Of a stretch of DNA of 64,000 bases, positions 61,514 through 64,000 are shown piece by piece. The stretch lies in NCBI GenBank assembly GCA_040357565.1, contig JBDODJ010000057.1. One strand, written 5' to 3'. Both the position numbers and the translations under genes were made by a program. The DNA comes from Cercozoa sp. M6MM (taxonomy: Eukaryota; Protista; Endomyxa: Ascetosporea). Every line of letters begins with the position of its first letter. Position 1 is the first letter of the stretch. The notes under the pieces are model-generated. The model worked only from the letters and a program-made list of their open reading frames with translations. It had not been told where the DNA came from and made no database searches.

Positions 61514-64000
61514 ATGTCGTTTTTGGAGCACAAATGGCTGCTCAATCGATGGGTCGTCCTGCTGTCGTCGTTGCTGCTGTTTGTGGCGCTGGGACAGCTG
61601 TACGCTTGGGGCAGCGAGACTGTCTACGTAGGCCTGCTTTTATTATTTCTTCCAGTAGATAAAGATCGTATTTATCGTGTGTGCAAACACCCGCAACAGA
61701 TCACATCCTGGCTGCGTACGCACATCCCGAACGTGGTCTACGAGGACACTCTCTTTGTGTTTGGAGCGGTGTGTTCTCTTGTCGTTTTCTGCAAATGTCT
61801 TTGTGCACTCGTGTGTGTCCTCTGGGCAGACGTCGGTTGGCCTGAGTGTCGGCGGCCTCGTGGTCGGCAAGGCGTTCGACCAGTGGCCCAAGATGATGCG
61901 CTGGATCAACCGTACACCGCCGTCTTGATCTCTTCGAGTCTTTTTACTCGAAGCATTTTTGGTATCTTCCCAGTGGGCGGTGCCGTGATCTTTGTCGCCT
62001 CCATCGCCGTGGCGCCACTGTCGCGCTCGCTTCCTTTCTTCCTGTAGATTTCGATTTTCAGACCATCGATTGTGACACGTGCGAATCAAACCGTCTTTTT
62101 ACCTTGCAGTGGCACCTATGGTTTCACACGTGGCTTTGGCATGGGCATTGCGCACCTGGGACCGCTGATTGCCGTGCAGAGATGTATTGAGTTGTTTATT
62201 TGTTGTATTTTTTCGGATTTTCCCGCATCCACGCGGACGCTAAAATTGTGGCTTTTGACGGATAGGGTTCCCCAAGAACCTCGGTTTGGCCAACGGTATT
62301 GTTGCGGCGGCGCTGGGCGGCGGTGCCTTTGTGACCATCCAGGTGGGTCTGACCCCCTCCCCTTCCTTTACCCCCTTCACCCCCTCCCTGTCTAGGTGTT
62401 TGCGGCGCTAGTGAACCCGTGGAAGGACTCGTTGCCTGATGGGTACACTCTTGTTGCAGCTTTTGATCCCTAAGCTTCCTACCACCTGTACTTATTTTTT
62501 GTGCAGCGAGCAGTACTTTCCGCCTGACTCGCGTGTCACTGTGCGGGTACTCTGGGTTGTAGCTTTCTCCACCCCCACTTCCTTGTACCCCTCCTCCCTG
62601 TGTACCTCAGGTGCCCAAGTCGCTGTGGCAGCTCGCCTTCATTTTTATCTTTGTCGCACTCATGTGAGTTTTTGTCTCCTTTACCCCCTCTTTACCCCCC
62701 TCTTTACCCCCCCTCTTACCCCCCTCTTACCCCCCTACCCCTCATGTATGATTTACAGTCCGGCCGCGTTGATTGCTAATCCGCTGCCGAAGCCGCGACC
62801 GGTAGTTGCCCCCTATACCCCTTTACCCTTTACCCCCCTTTACCCCCCCCCCCCCTACCTCCCTTCATCCCCTTAGGCGAGTGTCGCCAACGCCGACGAA
62901 TCGTTTGTCGAAGAGGTGTGGTCCATGTGGTTCTGTTGGGGTGCAGTCGTGTCCATATGTACGGTACCGATAGGACGAAATGGACGGGCATGGACACGGC
63001 GGTGCCAGTCTGTCCAATGTACGTGTAGCCACTTGTAGCCACTTGTAGGCATTGTATTTGTATGTGTGTGTATGTATGTGTGTGTCTGCACAGATCAAGG
63101 ACATGCCGGTGCGCGAAACGCTGCGCTCGGGACGGTTCTACCTGGTGGTGCTGGCCTTCATTCTGAGCACGATGGGTGGCCACGTGGTGATCGGTACCTA
63201 CAAGACGGTGGGCCAGCAGTACCACAGCGATCACGCGCTGAACCTGCTGGGCGCCATCGCAGCGCTCGGCAACTCGTCGGGCCGCGTCGTGTTCGGCCTG
63301 CTGCTGGACCGCTTCGGCTACCGTCTGCCGCTGGCTGCTGCCATGGGTACGCTCGTCCATTTGTACCGGCCCTTTGTACTGGCTTTTTGTATTGGCTCTT
63401 TGTACTGGCTCTTTGTACTGGCTCTTTGTACTGGCTTTTTGTATTGGCTTTTTGTATTGGCTTTTTGAACTGGCTTTTTGTATTGGCTTTTTGAACTGGC
63501 TTTTTGTACTGGCCCTTGGTACTATGTGTACTGTGTACTGGGCATGTGTATGTGCTGTCTGTGTAGTGGTCCAGATGGTCCTGCTGCTGGTGTATCCGGC
63601 CTCGTGGATCATGTCGTCGCTCCCGCTGTTCGGACTGCTGACGACGCTGCTCTTCATGCTGTACGGCGCTGCTTTCGCGGTTGGTTTCGCGTGCTTGCTT
63701 ACCTCTACCCCCCCCCCGTCCTGCTTTACCCTCATGCTTGGGCAGATCTTCCCGTACGTGACATGCACGTTCTTTGGCATCAAGAATTTCGGACTCTTCT
63801 ACGGCGTCGTCATGTTCGGCTGGGGCTTTGCGTAGCTTTTGTCTGGCGCTCCCTTAACCTTTACTGACCCTCTTAACCCCCTTAATCCCTCCTGTAGTGG
63901 TCTGGTGGCCGATACGATCGTGAAGATTCTGTTTGAGCGTCTGACGCTCTTCTGGTTCTTCGGTAGGTCGGGTATCTACCCTGAGGGGAGACGTGTCTAT
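61514..64000 (+). CDS. MFS transporter, oxalate/formate antiporter (OFA)-like; 3' end beyond window
   Basis: NRWVVLLSS..GQLYAW, TYGFTRGFGMGIAH, FPKNLGLANGIVAAALGGG, ETLRSGRFY, GNSSGRVVFGLLLDRFG, FFGIKNFGLFYG. Confidence 0.85.
63361..63515 (+). repeat. 12-bp intronic minisatellite (TTGTA[C/T]TGGCT[T/C])n
   Basis: About 12 degenerate tandem units inside the MFS intron. Confidence 0.9.

Noticed and set aside
62830-63783. 317-aa minus-strand ORF and LYWLFVLA-repeat ORFs
   Set aside because: Antisense to the MFS exons and read through a 12-bp intronic minisatellite

Overview
Gene-dense window from an intron-rich, compact eukaryotic (protist-like) genome. It uses the standard genetic code, has short GT-AG introns (mostly about 45-110 nt), and contains many microsatellite or poly-G-associated N gaps. 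Manual splicing supports about 30 protein genes. These include a GT25 glycosyltransferase, MSH5, VAMP7, a TEY MAPK, a CCR4/Angel-like EEP nuclease, an Ariadne RBR ligase, an FMO, an ABHD17-like hydrolase, adenosine kinase, eIF3g, an alpha-kinase, PNGase, a RING protein, a divergent sterol 24-C-methyltransferase, MCAT/FabD, a macrodomain protein, a CHTOP-like protein, an EF-hand protein, a Cys-rich secreted protein, an APMAP-like protein and an MFS transporter. Several features are not explained by the ORF track: two inverted U3 snoRNA genes with conserved proximal and distal upstream elements, a spliced COPS9/CSNAP-like microgene, and an inverted DNA-level duplicate of an ABHD17 exon. The sequence also shows strongly atypical 5' splice sites (+4C, rarely +5G), sense-strand C-rich intron motifs, and a recurrent intergenic AACTGA motif. 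All calls come from reading the sequence by eye. No searches were run, and several gene ends are approximate.
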